64,000 bases of DNA from the NCBI GenBank assembly GCA_905178155.1, contig CAJINV010000011.1, positions 1,695,216-1,759,215 on the forward strand, in the 5' to 3' direction. Under the pieces are notes generated by a model. That model was not told the origin of the DNA and made no database searches. It saw nothing but the letters and a program-made list of their open reading frames with translations. Positions within the stretch are counted from its first letter, which is position 1. Each line of letters opens with the position of its first letter. The translations under genes and the position numbers were made by a program. This DNA is from Amoebophrya sp. A120 (lineage: Eukaryota; Protista; Dinoflagellata). Positions 1-12,600 of this stretch are shown in pieces.

Positions 1-2
1 CG

Positions 3-407
3 GTTGCCGTTGCGCCAGTTTCTAGTCCCGCTCTGCACCAAGCTCGCGAACTTTTGTTCTCGCCGCAACAGGCCGACAATACCAGTTCCGAACAATCCCG
101 TGGCAGCGAAACCGCAATAAACCTCCGCAACTGGTTCGCACAGCAGGAAAAAGATCTTTTGTCCTCGCGCGAGAAGACTCTCACGTGGCCGCACCTCTTC
201 TTCATCGACCACCTGGATGGCAACGCAAATTTGATTCCGAAAGATGCGTTGGCTCCAGAGGAGAAACCGGGGAACTGCGCAGCGTGTTGCAGTTTCTGCT
301 GCATCAGAAGGGCGCGGAAACAGAAGGAAGAGACGCGAAGGGGGGTACTCCGGACGATCATCGACGAGTTGAAATACAAATTTGATCGGGATCAGCCGGC
401 GCAGTAA
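3..407 (+). CDS. 3' end of an unknown protein-coding gene (5' truncated by window edge)
   Basis: Frame open from base 3 to TAA at 405-407, coding-like composition that ends where AT-rich DNA begins; TWPHLFFID is weakly thioredoxin-fold-like. Confidence 0.5.
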   Translation, partial: VAVAPVSSPALHQARELLFSPQQADNTSSEQSRGSETAINLRNWFAQQEKDLLSSREKTLTWPHLFFIDHLDGNANLIPKDALAPEEKPGNCAACCSFCCIRRARKQKEETRRGVLRTIIDELKYKFDRDQPAQ

Positions 408-469
408 GTAGAGGTCGTGGAAGCGCCAAAAAACTCCTCACTGCGTCGAAACCAAAGACGGCAGGGGAA

Positions 470-2750
470 ACGCACATTTTTTAGTTAACTTTGTTTATTT
501 CACACGTAGTATAACACTCCAATTGCAATTCCAATTCCATTATATTTTACAACTTACTTTTTATTCAACACGGTAAAACTTTAACTTGAATATCACGCAA
601 AATCCAAATCAAAACATGTTAGGCAGTTTGTTATTTTCCGTTTACAGTCACGTTTTCTTTCTCATCAAACTTAAATTTTCCATGTATTGTTCTACACACA
701 CGAAGCAGAAGAAGAAGAACAAAACCACAGGCAGTAAAATATTTTTTTTATCATTTACACATCTATGAGATTCTACTTTTGCGGCCCATTTCATTTTACT
801 GTGAATCACAATCCTAAACACGTTTTTACTTAACTTTTGTCACACACACCATTAGCAATGCGAATACTTAGCAACTTCACATCACCCTCCCTGAATTAGC
901 GAGCGATCCGCCTTTCGGCCATTTCTATTCACAAAATTCAAGCACCAAACACAAAGCATTAATTTTTCAATTTTCAACCAAAATCTCAAGTTCCTAATTA
1001 AGACCAAGAGTGCAAAGCCCACCGATCTAGAAAATGAAGAAAAAAATCCAAAGTCCAAGCAAACCCTAACATGATTAACATCATTTTCATAATTCTAATT
1101 CTTTACAACCTCAACCGCGCTTGCTCTTTGTGACGAGCTCCAGGCTCACAGAGAAAAGTCATGGATTTCACCGTGGCATATTTGTTCGTTCGATCGTTGG
1201 TTCGAGGCAATGAATGATATGAAATATCTTTCTCGATGGATATTGATTGAATTTTTCTCGAAATTCAAAATTTTTATGGTCTGGAAATGCAAAAATTCCA
1301 AGAATCAATGAATATTCTTTCATGATCATGGATTCAGAATCAGAAATCCACAGATAGAATAATTAATTTTATCGTGTGATTGTGAGGATTGATATTGGAG
1401 TCCAGGATATGGATTGATGAAGAGGTGTAAATAAGAATATTTTTGCAAGTTCTTTCATGATGTTTCCTTTGGGATTTCATTTTTCAATTATGATATATAG
1501 AAAAACAAATCGGAAAAAGATTATTTTGTGGAAATTTGAAAAAAGATCTTTAATTTGTAGAGGGAAAATCTTTTATAGTTTCATCATATTATTTCCGAAA
1601 TTTTGTTGTTGAGTTCTTTGATTTCAATTTTTTGGAATAATTTATTTTGAAAATATATGAAAACTGAAAAAAAAAGAATCGGAATTTTCAGAGTGGAAAT
1701 CTCTCTTTCATAGGATAATTTCATCAGATTATTTTCTAAATTTATTTTGTTTGATTCCGATCGTTTTTTGAAATAATTTTGAAAATATGGTTGGAATCAT
1801 GTCCTCAAAAAAAAAAAAAATAAGTTTTTCCTTCAATGTCAATTATAATCTAATCCTTACTTTCTATTTTGAAATACCAAAATTTTTCAAAAGATTTTTG
1901 ATTCAGAATTCCATTTCTTTTGCTTTTAGAATTATTTCTCGATATCATTACATTTTGAAAAATTTCATGGATGATCGAAAATCGACGATATGAATATGAA
2001 ATCCCATTGAATTGAAATGAATTTGAATCATCAATTTTATCAAATTTAGATGTAGATGATTCATATAAATAACAAATCGAATGTCATTCAATGATGCTCT
2101 AGATTCAACCAATGTAGGATTTCGACGATAATTTTTTTTTTCGGAATCTCAGATTTGATCATCCAGAGAAATTTTTGAGAAAGAAAAATATTTTTATTCC
2201 AGGGTCTGAATCTTCAAGAATTTCATCATATTCAATTGATTGAAGATTTTGTATCTCGATACATCACAAAACTCAACATCAAGAATGTCTCATCAATCAT
2301 ATGCATGGAATGGAAAATCGATACAATTTTGATGTGTTGTGTTCTAACAATAAATTAAAATTCCATGATCACCCTGCATTGCCATTGGAATCACGGAGGA
2401 TAGGACAGACACAGAGTCACGCATCAACAAACATGAATGTTGTGTTTGAGTTGGTATGGAAATCAATGAAACAGAAACTCGTGCCATGGATTTCCATGCA
2501 AAAAAACGGATTCACGAATTAAGCATCGTGTGTCAAGGAAAGCATTGCATTGATGTAAAGTCAGAGTGTGCATTTTGAAACGCTTGGAAATAGGTGGAAA
2601 CGGAAACTAGACGAACGAGCGGTATCAAATCATAATTTTCATCATAGATGAAGGTGGAAACGCGCAGCAAAAAAAGTTCGCGCGTTAAAAAAGTAATGAA
2701 AAAAACAATGCGAGTGCAAGCTTCTTTGATAGCCTTAAAACAAGAAGTAA
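470..2750. other. AT-rich non-coding region at a convergent strand switch
   Basis: Very AT-rich core (~1200-2350) without credible ORFs, between a + strand stop (407) and a - strand stop (2959). Confidence 0.7.
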
Positions 2751-2958
2751 ATTGAACTCACAACCGTATGTCGATGCATGTAATACCCCGAGGAGCATGG
2801 TGCATTTTCTTTTGAGATGAACAGGACCGGATCGCCGTCTCATCTAACAGCAATCAACTCAAATTACAAAAAATTGAATCGGTGAACTAGGTACTTAGAA
2901 ACATAAAGCTGAGGTGTGTGAAATACTACGCCGCCACTGTCGCGGCAGTCGAGTGCTT

Positions 2959-5900
2959 CTATTTCCACTTTTTGAGCGACAAGGGGCGCACGACGCCGTT
3001 GAGGACGAACCGCGAGCCGAGGTGGGACACGAAAAAGCAGACACTGGGGAGGAAGATTAAAAAGTACCCGAAGTACATGCAGAACTGCTCCAGCTTGTGC
3101 GCGGCGGTGTCCAGCTCACTGGGATGCCAGAAATACCCCGTGAGCACGGCGCCGGCAAGACCCGCGCCACTTAGCTGCCACAGGATTGGGCTGCTTTTCA
3201 CCGGGTGCGCAAACACCGCACCGGAGACCAGGGTCCAAAAACTGGACCACAGCGCCACCATGTATCATATGTAAAAAAGACGTCCCCACCCCAGAGTCAA
3301 GTTGGGAACTTAGCAACACAAATCCAGAAGCTTTGGGAGCCACGCGTGACAAGTTGCAGTCCGTACTGTGGTGCATCTGCATGTTAGAAAGGACAACCAC
3401 ATCACAAATCCATCAGCTTATCCTGTTTACAGCATTACAAATTCCAAAACGCGATTGGAAATGCCTTTCATGCTCATGGAGATGCGCATTACAAATCTTC
3501 CTGTGATCGGCAATCTGCATGACAACTATGGGGTGGGGACGTTTTTACTCAGGATACCATGCCCATCCAAATCACCACCGTCACCAGTATTTCGGACAAA
3601 GTCCGCTCCGGCACGGTGAGAACCAGGAACAGCTCGTGCTTCAAGACTGCTTCGTACAAGGCCACACTGTAGCCGCTCAGCACCGCAGCGTGGACAGCCG
3701 CGAAGAGAATTTGCTTTTTCGCCGGCAGCGGTGTAATATTGGTGCTGGACGAAGTAGTAGATGATGTACCGTCAAAAGTAGATACTCCACCGTGCGGCGA
3801 CGTGGAGAGCAGTCTCGCGGCCGAGTTCGATGTATTGTTCATCCGGCGATAGTTGTGCAGGTGCCTCCCCGCCGCATCTGGAGCAACAAACAGCTGGCTG
3901 AGGAGGGAGAAGAAGCTGTAGCTGGTTCTGCCGTTCGTGGTCTTATTCGACGTAGAAACGCCATCCACTTTTGAAGAAGATGTTCCACAGTCCCCAACGA
4001 GGAAACCGCATCGCGCCCCGCAGCCGAGCGCGAAGCCAACTGAACTCGCGGCGAACAGGCCGACCCAGGCGCCCGTGTTCAGGAAGAGCCCGAACGTCAC
4101 GAGTTGCAGCACACAACGGCCGACGGCGAACAGCAGGAAGTCAACCAGAATCAACGAGTGATCTTCTGGAAGATCATGCGGAGACGAGCCTTGTGTTCCC
4201 CCGGCTGCAGCAGCGGCGTTGTTGTCGTTGCTGTTCTTTTCTACTAGATTTATTTCCGGAAATGCCGAAAGCTCCTGCGGACGGTTGTTCGGGAGGTGCT
4301 TCTTGTGCTCTCCTGCTGTCGATTTATTTTTCGACGAAATTTCTCGCGAGAACGGCATGACCCCGGCAACGCCAGCTTGATGTTCTGGTAGCTGCGCAGA
4401 TAGCGGCTGTTGTACGAAAAAGTCGTTTGTGCGTTTCTCCTTGTTTTTCAGCTTCTGCGTGGCCAGCTTGGCTTCTGTAAACAAAGCGCCAGAAACACAC
4501 CCCGCAAAAAGGATCGACAACACAAACGCGGACTGGTCCGATATCAATTCGGAAGAAGTAGAGTTTTGTTCCGAGTTGAAGTTATCTGATGATCCGCTCG
4601 CGTAGTAGTTGCCCCGCACGAGAAAGAACTCCAGCAAAACGAAGGACACAAACAGCGTCACCACTTCCGCGCCCAGAACCACTGCCAGATGGGAAACCCC
4701 GAGCACGAGCTGCAAGAACGGCGCGCTGGATTGGTTGCTCACACCAGCCCGCAGAACTGGATCCTCGAGCAACGGGTCGCTGGTCCCCATGGCCAGGAAC
4801 TGCTTCTGCAGCCAACGCAGCAGCCCGGGGTGCGATTCCAAGTGCCGAAACTCGTTGCCAAAGGTTTGCTCCTCAAAGAGGTCAACGTCGTCCAAACCGC
4901 GGTTGATGATCAAAAACAGGCAGAACGTGAACAGCAGCGGGAGAAACAAAAAGCTCGGGTGCACGGAAAACTCGAACTCCATCCCGGAGGGCGGGATAGA
5001 AGCGCGGTGGAAATCCTCCGCCTTCCTCGGCAGCCAGAAAACGGAATGGCGGAAGGTCAGGTGGGTGTGCACGCTGACGAGTTGCAGGTCGTTCACCTCC
5101 ACCATCGCATCCAGCACTTTCCGGGAGTCCGGGTCAAAGTAGAACACGAAGGCCTTGTGCGTGTAGATCCAGTGCGAGGGCTTTAACGGATCCTGGAGGC
5201 CCAGCCGAAAGTCGTTCGGAAGATCCTGCGTATCGTCCGAGTTGTGTTCGCGCATGAACTGCTTGAACTGAGAGAGGTCCTTATCCTGTGTAAAAATGTC
5301 CGAACCCCAGAGTTGTCATGCAGATTTGCAATGACAGGAACACTTGTAATGCGCTTCCACATGCCACGCATTTCCAATCGTGGTTTGGCATTTGGTATGT
5401 CGCAAACAGGATAAGCAGATGGATTTGTGATGCGGATGTCCTTGCGAACATGCACTACGCTGCGGACTGCAACTTGAACTTGTCACGCGTGGCTCCCAAA
5501 GCTTCTGCATTTGTGTTGCTAAGTTCCCAACGTGACTATGGGGTGGGGACGTTTTTACATATGATAGTCCTCCAGTTTCACGCCAAGAAAGTGGTCCATG
5601 TGGAGACGGGAAATCAACTTGTGGTCCTCGTCATCTGCGACGTGCTGCTGGGCGGCCCTCGTGCTGTTCATGCTGTTGGCCAGAAACCGAACGTAATACT
5701 CGTAGTCGATCAACAACTCCAAGGCCTTCACTTCTTCGCCGTTCAGTCGCTGCGTGCAAACCTCCTGGGAGGTCACGTTCAGGCCGATGAGAAGCTGAAA
5801 CTTCTCGGGCGCGGTCAGCAGCTCGCTGTCACACAAACCGATTTGCTGGTAGTGGAAGTTGTCGGTGATGGGGGTGTATCAAATGTAAAAATGTCTGGGT

Positions 5901-6694
5901 CTGGAAGATTGCCAGGTTTGTCATGCAGGTTTTCCATGACCCATGAAGCCTGGAATGCAGGACCTAGCATGACGGATTCTGTGCGATCTCTTTCATGCCT
6001 ATCCTGCATGAGAAACTCCCTCTCGACTTGGTCAAAACTGGACGACTTTTGGTCATCATGCAACACAGATTTTTGCATGCTTCAGATTTAGCATGACAAG
6101 TTGCATTCTTCCAGACCCAGACATTTTTACATTTGATAGGGTGAGCGGGCGGACTACGTCCGGCTCGATATGAATCACGTCACCCTGGTATCCTGAGTAA
6201 AAACGTACCCACACCAGAGTTGTCATGCAAATCTGCAGGCTTAAAATGTTTCTCATGCGGAGCCCCATGAGAAGCATTTTCTAATGGTGTTTTGAAATTT
6301 GTCATGCTCCAATCAGCATGAGAGACTAGATCTGTAATGCTGCTGAACTAGCTCAAACAGCACTACACTACGCGTCCGAATTTGTCATGCGAAACAGCCA
6401 AAGCTTGTGGATTTGTCTAGCCGATTCCCCAACTTGACTATGGGGTGGGTAGGTTTTTACATAGGATACCTGGACATAGCCCGCAACTCCGGAGGTAAGA
6501 GATGTAGTAGTTGTAGTACACAGCAGGAGCGCGGCGCGCCAGGACGTTGATGACCAACACCAAGCGGCAATGAGTCGTAATAAGAACGACCCGCGAACGC
6601 ATACTGGCAGCAGCTGCGACGGCGGAGTTCTCGTCGTGGACCGCATGCTCATGTTGCTACAGAGGAAGAGCAGAGGTGGACGATACAGACACAC
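2959..6694 (-). CDS. Divergent transmembrane-9 superfamily (EMP70/nonaspanin) protein, 5 exons split by 4 introners
   Basis: Joined frame reads GYVQGDVIHIEPDVVRPLTPITDNFHYQQIGLC...HWIYTHKAFVFYF...LTFRHSVFW...QFCMYFGYFLIF, colinear with TM9SF lumenal and C-terminal motifs; start codon uncertain. Confidence 0.7.
3263..3556. mobile_element. Introner 1 (family A, CCCCACCCC-type TIR)
   Basis: TIR tatcatatgtaaaaaagacgtccccacccc / ggggtggggacgtttttactcaggata; TSD CCATG; removal gives WMGMVALW in frame. Confidence 0.9.
5282..5566. mobile_element. Introner 2 (family A, opposite orientation to introner 1)
   Basis: TSD GTCCT; internal sequence is the reverse-complement homologue of 3263-3556; removal gives KLEDLSQFKQFMREH. 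Confidence 0.9.
5877..6138. mobile_element. Introner 3 (family C, 262 bp)
   Basis: Perfect 32-bp TIR tatcaaatgtaaaaatgtctgggtctggaaga; TSD GGGTG; removal gives RPLTPITDNF. Confidence 0.92.
6189..6468. mobile_element. Introner 4 (family A-related)
   Basis: TSD CCTGG; TIR tatcctgagtaaaaac / gtttttacataggata; removal gives GYVQGDVI; this TSD permits GT-AG ends. Confidence 0.9.
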
Positions 6695-7683
6695 AGAAAT
6701 GGATCTGCAATTAACACACAGAAGGTACTATGTTTGTATTAATGTCACTAGAAATCTTCGTCAATAACAATAATTCATGTGGTTGGAGTTTGTAGTGATG
6801 AGTTTAAAATGCAATTCCAATTTTTCGTTGAACAGGAAACAAATACCAAATCGTGCCACTCTGAATTATCCGGTTTAGGTCATTTTTGAATCCCACGGGT
6901 TTTTGGAAAGGAATCTTTTGTGTTTGAAATCGTGACTCAGACTCGCTCACACACACACAGACACGACTTTTGGTTATTCCTGGATTCAACAACTCAGACA
7001 GCCAGAAGAACGAGGCCGAACAGAACCAGAAGCGAAAAGATAAACAGAAAGGCTCGTTCTCCAGTGGGTGTTGTAAAAACACCCCTTTGCAAGAATCTGC
7101 TGCTGAGAGTATGATCTTGATGAGTCATACCATGTACGTTACCCGTCGTCCTTCCATTTTACAGCTTCCACACCATGGTGAAACTTGAACTTCAGCTTCA
7201 CGAATTATGTCGGGCCATCGTAAAAACAGCACGTAAAAACATCATCAAACTCAGTCACATTCGTGTTCACTCTGTCACTGGTACTGTGGCAGACCAATTG
7301 GCATTGCCAGCGCTATTTGTGACCTCAAAAAAACAACTCAACGGTATTGAAAACGAAAAGATGAAAAGATGACGAAAAGTTGGATTTGGAAACTCAAATT
7401 ATTTGCGTTGTATTTCCACCTAACCCAAGGCTTTGTTGGAGGTGGCTTCCTCGTTGGAGGTCCTGTGCATCGTATTGTGTTCTTGAACGAAGAAGTTGTA
7501 CAGGTAGAGTATTTTTGGTATGGAAACTTGTTTATGCAATCTTCCTTAAAATTTCCTCCGACATCAAAGCCGGGATGATAGACCTGATATCTACTTATGC
7601 AGCAGACTGTGACTGGCCGGCGACACAGAGCTGTGGAGGGCCCTCACCTCCGACGTGAAATCGATCACATCAAAATTTTATCA

Positions 7684-10600
7684 TCATTGGTGGGCCTGAG
7701 CGTTGTTTGCTGGACCGCCAACGCCAGGCTGTGGCTGCTGTTGTTGTCCCCCTTGGCCGCCCCCCGTATTTACATTGCCCTGGATGGCGGGTGGGCCCGC
7801 CGAGGTCAGCCCTGTAAAGGAAAACCCTTGATGTTGATGCTGCCCCGCTTGCTGTTGATTCAGAGTTGTCATGTTAACACCTGCTCCGGCGCCCACTTGA
7901 CTAGGTCCCCGCGGCTGGGGCTGAAAACCGGCGTTGTTGGTCATATTCATGTTCTGTTGCTGCTGGGCGTTGTTCATGTTGCCACCACCGGTGGTTGTGC
8001 CATCGAGTTGGAATGGTTGCAGTTGCATCGGTTGCTGCTGCTGTAGGAGCTGTTGTGGCAGCTGCTGCATTCCACCAAGCTGCTGGCTCGCCGCACCTTG
8101 CTGTGTACTAGCACCAACAACCGGCTGCTGGCCCCCAACTCCACCAACGTTTGAAACTTGCGTCAGAAACTGCTGCATCTGCAATAGCTGCTCCATGGAC
8201 ATCTGTTGCATGTTATTGTTTGCAGTACCAGCTGCACCCCCACCCCCGCCGCCCGTATTTAGCATTATCGAAAGATTTTGGTTTTGCTGCTGCTGCTGCT
8301 GCGCACCCCCTGCTAGAGGAGGCAGCATGTTCAGCTGCTGCGTGTTCGGAGGACCCCCTCCTGCTCCGGGAGGTTGTTGTAGTTGCCCACCTGGTGGACC
8401 TCCTTGTCCTTGCGCCGGACCTCCTGCCGTAGAAGTAGTTGCAGCACCAGCAGCGCCGCCGCCGGTTGCGGCATCCAGGTTTAGTGGCTGCACTAACAGC
8501 TGCTGGAGGTTCAGCACCGGGGCTTGCTGCTGCTGTTGCGGTTGTTGTGGTCCACCAGCACCGGAAGTATACTGCTGTTGTTGTTGACCAGAAGCTTGAT
8601 GTTGACCTGGGTTGATACCACCTCCTCCTAGCGGTAGTTGTTGTGGTCCTCCAACCCCCCCGGTAGGTGGTGCAGCGTTGTTTTCCATGATGGTGCCGAG
8701 TGGTTGCTGCTGGAGTTGAAGTCCCATGTGAAACGGCTGCTGTCCTGCTCCGCCAACGACTAATCCGGCAAGCGCATTACCCGTGGGGTTCAGCAATCCG
8801 GGCAGTCCTACACTACCCGTGTGCTGCTGGAGAATTATTTGCAGCACTGCGGGGTTTACGTGATCGCCCTTCTCGCCCAGCGCGCGACTCACCAGGGGGC
8901 CCGCTTTGTCCATGGGCACCCACTGGTTGTTGGCAGCGGTCATCTGATATTTTCTATATGATCCTCCATGATAGATTTATTGCGAGGAACCCAAAGTTTC
9001 TTGCCTCACTGCGACTGGAAGTAGCTTTGTCTTTGACTTTGAAACGCAAAAAAATAAGTTTACCTCAGTGCCACCCCCAGAACTTTTCCGCAGTGTCTTG
9101 AACAAATCTGCTACACCAGTGTCAGTCCGCGTCACGTTTCGGAACGAGGAGAACTCGTATTCGATATCAGACGTATTCTGCGAACGCGGGGACGTGGAAG
9201 GCCTGAATGTTTTTTGTTTTTTCCTTTTGCTAAGCTAGATGAAGGTAAGTATCTATCGTTTTACATTTACCTTCATGAAGACAAGATGGCGCAAAAATCT
9301 CGCAGAAGTGATGAAGTACAAGTAGCTCGTGGCAGCACCCTCACACTAAGGTCAGGTGTTTGCTACAAGCACGAGATGAAACTGCAAGAGCTTCAGTAAA
9401 CAAGCCCACTCTGTTTTTGTAAAGTACTTTCCTTGATGTTTCGCGCTCCCGGGAGGTCCTCCAGAAGACGAGGAGGAGGGTTGATTTCCACCTTGCCGCC
9501 ACGATGTCTTATCGTTGCCTTTCGCAAAGAAAGTGGCGGCTGCTCCGCCGAGGGCGCCGGGAAAGGAATTCCCTCCGCCCGGAATGGAGGGATTGGTGGG
9601 TTCCAGATTGAGCGCATTGATGTTTCGCACCCCTCCGCCAGGCAAGACTTGCTGCTGCGCCGGGCCGGCCTGCTGGTTCGAAAACTTGCTGTGTTGCGAC
9701 TGTTGAGAACCTGATTTTCAATTATCGGGGTGTATCTTGATGGGACGAGTTTCTATTTCTTATATGACACATACACACATCGGACTCGAAGAAATAAGTG
9801 CGTCATTATTTGTCTCATCGAGCTTCTCCACCTGCTGAAGTTTTGCACAAAGCACGAAAAGGACTTCTAGTTCTACCCTTGCCACCCGGATCCCCGGCCT
9901 TCCCGCCCTTCTTGTTTTTGTGGGTCGGTCCTCCCGTACTAGCAGCGCCTCCACCTCCTTCTGTAAAGTTATTGTATGCGCCGGTGGTCGAATATTGGTC
10001 GGTAGTGCCGTCGCCGTGGTAATTGGTTGTATCGCCGAAATTCACATTTTTGCTACCGCTTGATTTGCTATTTTTGTTGCTCGTGGCCTTCTTATTTTTC
10101 CCACCAGCGCCTCCTGCTTCTTTATTGTCTTTTCCACCGCCCCACGCGGATGTTGTACTATTCCCTTGGTCAGCACCTCCGCCAGATGGTTTGTTTTTGT
10201 TTTTCCCGCCCTGTTTACTTGGCGCTGATCCACCGTGCTCGATTCTATTTTGATGGTAGTTGTAGTAGCCTTCACCCTCGGGTTGGGGTTCATGCGGTGA
10301 AGTTGCACCAGCAGGAGCTCCCTCGCCCAGTACCTGCTCGTCATTCTCCTGTGCATGCGACAGCTCGCCTCCTGCATCGGCTCCTTCGGCTTCGCCTTTG
10401 GAGCTGGAGGGTTTCTTCTCAACAACATCTTTTGGTTTTGCTTCGCCTACGACAGGCGAATGTGCAGAATTCCTCTCAACCGCAGCCTCTTGATCCTGTA
10501 CTGCGTCGGCCGAGGGGGCGGTAGCGATGTCCTCGTCCTTCGCCTTTTCTTCCATGCTGGTCTTTTCTACGCCTTTTGATACCGGACCACCTGGTTGGGA

Positions 10601-11245
10601 AGGAAGCTTCAGTTGTTTGGACTTCTTCTTGCTTTCTTCTTTCTTCGCAGCTCCTGTGCCTGCCTTTGCTGGTTGCACTATGATCTTTTGCGCGTTTATT
10701 TGGCTAGTACCGTTTTGCTGATGCGGGTTCAAAATATTCTGAACTTTGTTTATCTTCTTGCTGGCCGTACTCTGCGGCTGGTGCTGCTCAGCACCTCTTT
10801 TATTCTTGCGTTGTTTTAGTTTCCCCTGTCGTCGTGTCCCCTTTTTATCCAGAGCAACTGGATTCAGCGTCTCGAAGGCCAATAAGTCGCGAAGGTGGAG
10901 TAGCAAAGTCTCCGGATGTGGTGCGGGACCCGGAGTTGTCGTGGAACTTCTCCTACCTGCACTACTGTTCGACGGAGTTGTTGTACTGCCTATTGCCAAG
11001 TTGAGCGGGGGTGGGAACAACTCCTCCTCCGTCGACGTGGTATGCTTATTGATCGGATTTGTCAAGGTCGTCAGCAAAAGCGAATTATCTCGCGGGTTCC
11101 ACGCAGTGAGTAACCCTTCGTACGTGATATGGCTTTTCAACAGGACGCGAACCTCACTGCCCAACACCGCAGTCATGGCCCAAGCGTGATGATCTTTCTG
11201 CTGCTCGACCAGACTGTTGACAGGAGAGGGCTTGCTGAAAAACAT
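7684..11245 (-). CDS. Ataxin-2/Pbp1-like Sm(Lsm)-domain protein with Q/G-rich prion-like C-terminus; 3 canonical introns
   Basis: N-terminal AMTAVLGSEVRVLLKSHITYEGLL...ETLLLHLRDLL resembles the Sm-ATX domain; GT-AG introns 9711-9876, 9203-9427 and 8944-9063 join the exons in frame. Confidence 0.6.
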
Positions 11246-12600
11246 GATTTAATATTTTGCGGGAGAAGTCGTAGTCTGCGACGTGTTGGGCCACAGATGA
11301 AGATGATGGGAAGATGAACTTCAAGTCGGTTGTTGAAGATGTGCACCTCGTGGTTTTTACTTGATTTTCTGCTGGATTTAGATTTTCCACATGAAGATGA
11401 ATAGTTTTGCGCTGGGACAACTGGTTACGACGAAACAACTGGAACAAGTAGACCTGAGTAGATGATGTTGAAACTGAAGAAACGTGGCCAAGAAGATGCG
11501 CTGTTGATGATGATGTTTTCCCGTTGAAACTCCCCGCGGGCTGACAGTCGGAGGTCTCCACGTTGGAATGAGGTCGATGTTGTCCCCGAGTAGCCACGAG
11601 TTGGAGACGAGCAAGAGATGCTGGAAGATAAGCAGGATTACGACGCCGTTTTTTACGTTGCTGTTTCGATTGCTCCAAGGGTGTAAGAATGTGTCTGGCC
11701 ATCTTTGTCTTTCTGAGGGTAGCGTAAAAATACAATTTTCGGCTTCCTAGTTCTTTTTCTTGTTCCCCTCGCTCTCATTTGACAGTGGCATTATGTGCTA
11801 TTTATTTTTGGAACTGATGTTATCCTTAACCTTATCGCGTATTCAAAAATTGTTCGGAATAATGACCCTTACGGTTCTGTTTCCGCAGAAGTTGTCTGGT
11901 GGATTTCTACAGTGAAATCTGTATCTGAGTCTAAGTCGTTCTTCTCGGAATAAGTGATTTCAACACGACTGCAAGACGAAATGGCTCAAATTCTCATCTG
12001 AACGATAACTTCTAGAACTACGGACATCAATCAAAGATGCGGCGTTCATGTTCTTTCAAAGAGGGGCCGGCAACAGCTCCTAGGGGGTAGTAGTAGGAAA
12101 TGTGATGGAGGAGCTTGTTGAACAACACGACCTTCTTTATCGTTTCACAACGTGAAGGCCAAAAATCAACTCTATATGAAATTGTTGGCTGCGCCATTAA
12201 TACTGATACTGACACTCAGGGTGCGTTGTTGTTTGACATTGACGGCACCACGTAAAACTTCGTCTTCGACATCATACGCGATCATCTTCGTCACCTTGGT
12301 GTTAGTTTTCGAGCTTGAAGATATGAGGGAGTAGCAGTAGAGTGCGTTTTTTCTTGTTTCCTATCCTTGCCTTGCGGAACTGAAAGTCAGAAAATGCTGT
12401 TCGAGGGCAGCTTCTCGACTTGCTACTAACAAACACCACGAACAAGATCAAAAAGTAACTGCTCATGCGCTCCTTCAGTGCACACAAATAATGCATCGTT
12501 CGACGATTCTCTCATCGGAGCAGGAGCAGGTCCTGTTCCTGAATAGGCGTGTAGATACTTAAAACGCCCCAGCAGCACGTCGCGGAGGATCTCCTCCTCT

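Noticed and set aside
1061-1070. AAACCCTAA telomere-like word
   Set aside because: Single copy, no tandem array.
2959-6694. Interpreting the fragmented genes as transposon-killed pseudogenes
   Set aside because: The exons reconstructed show no stops or frameshifts and every element removal restores frame, which is not expected of dead genes.
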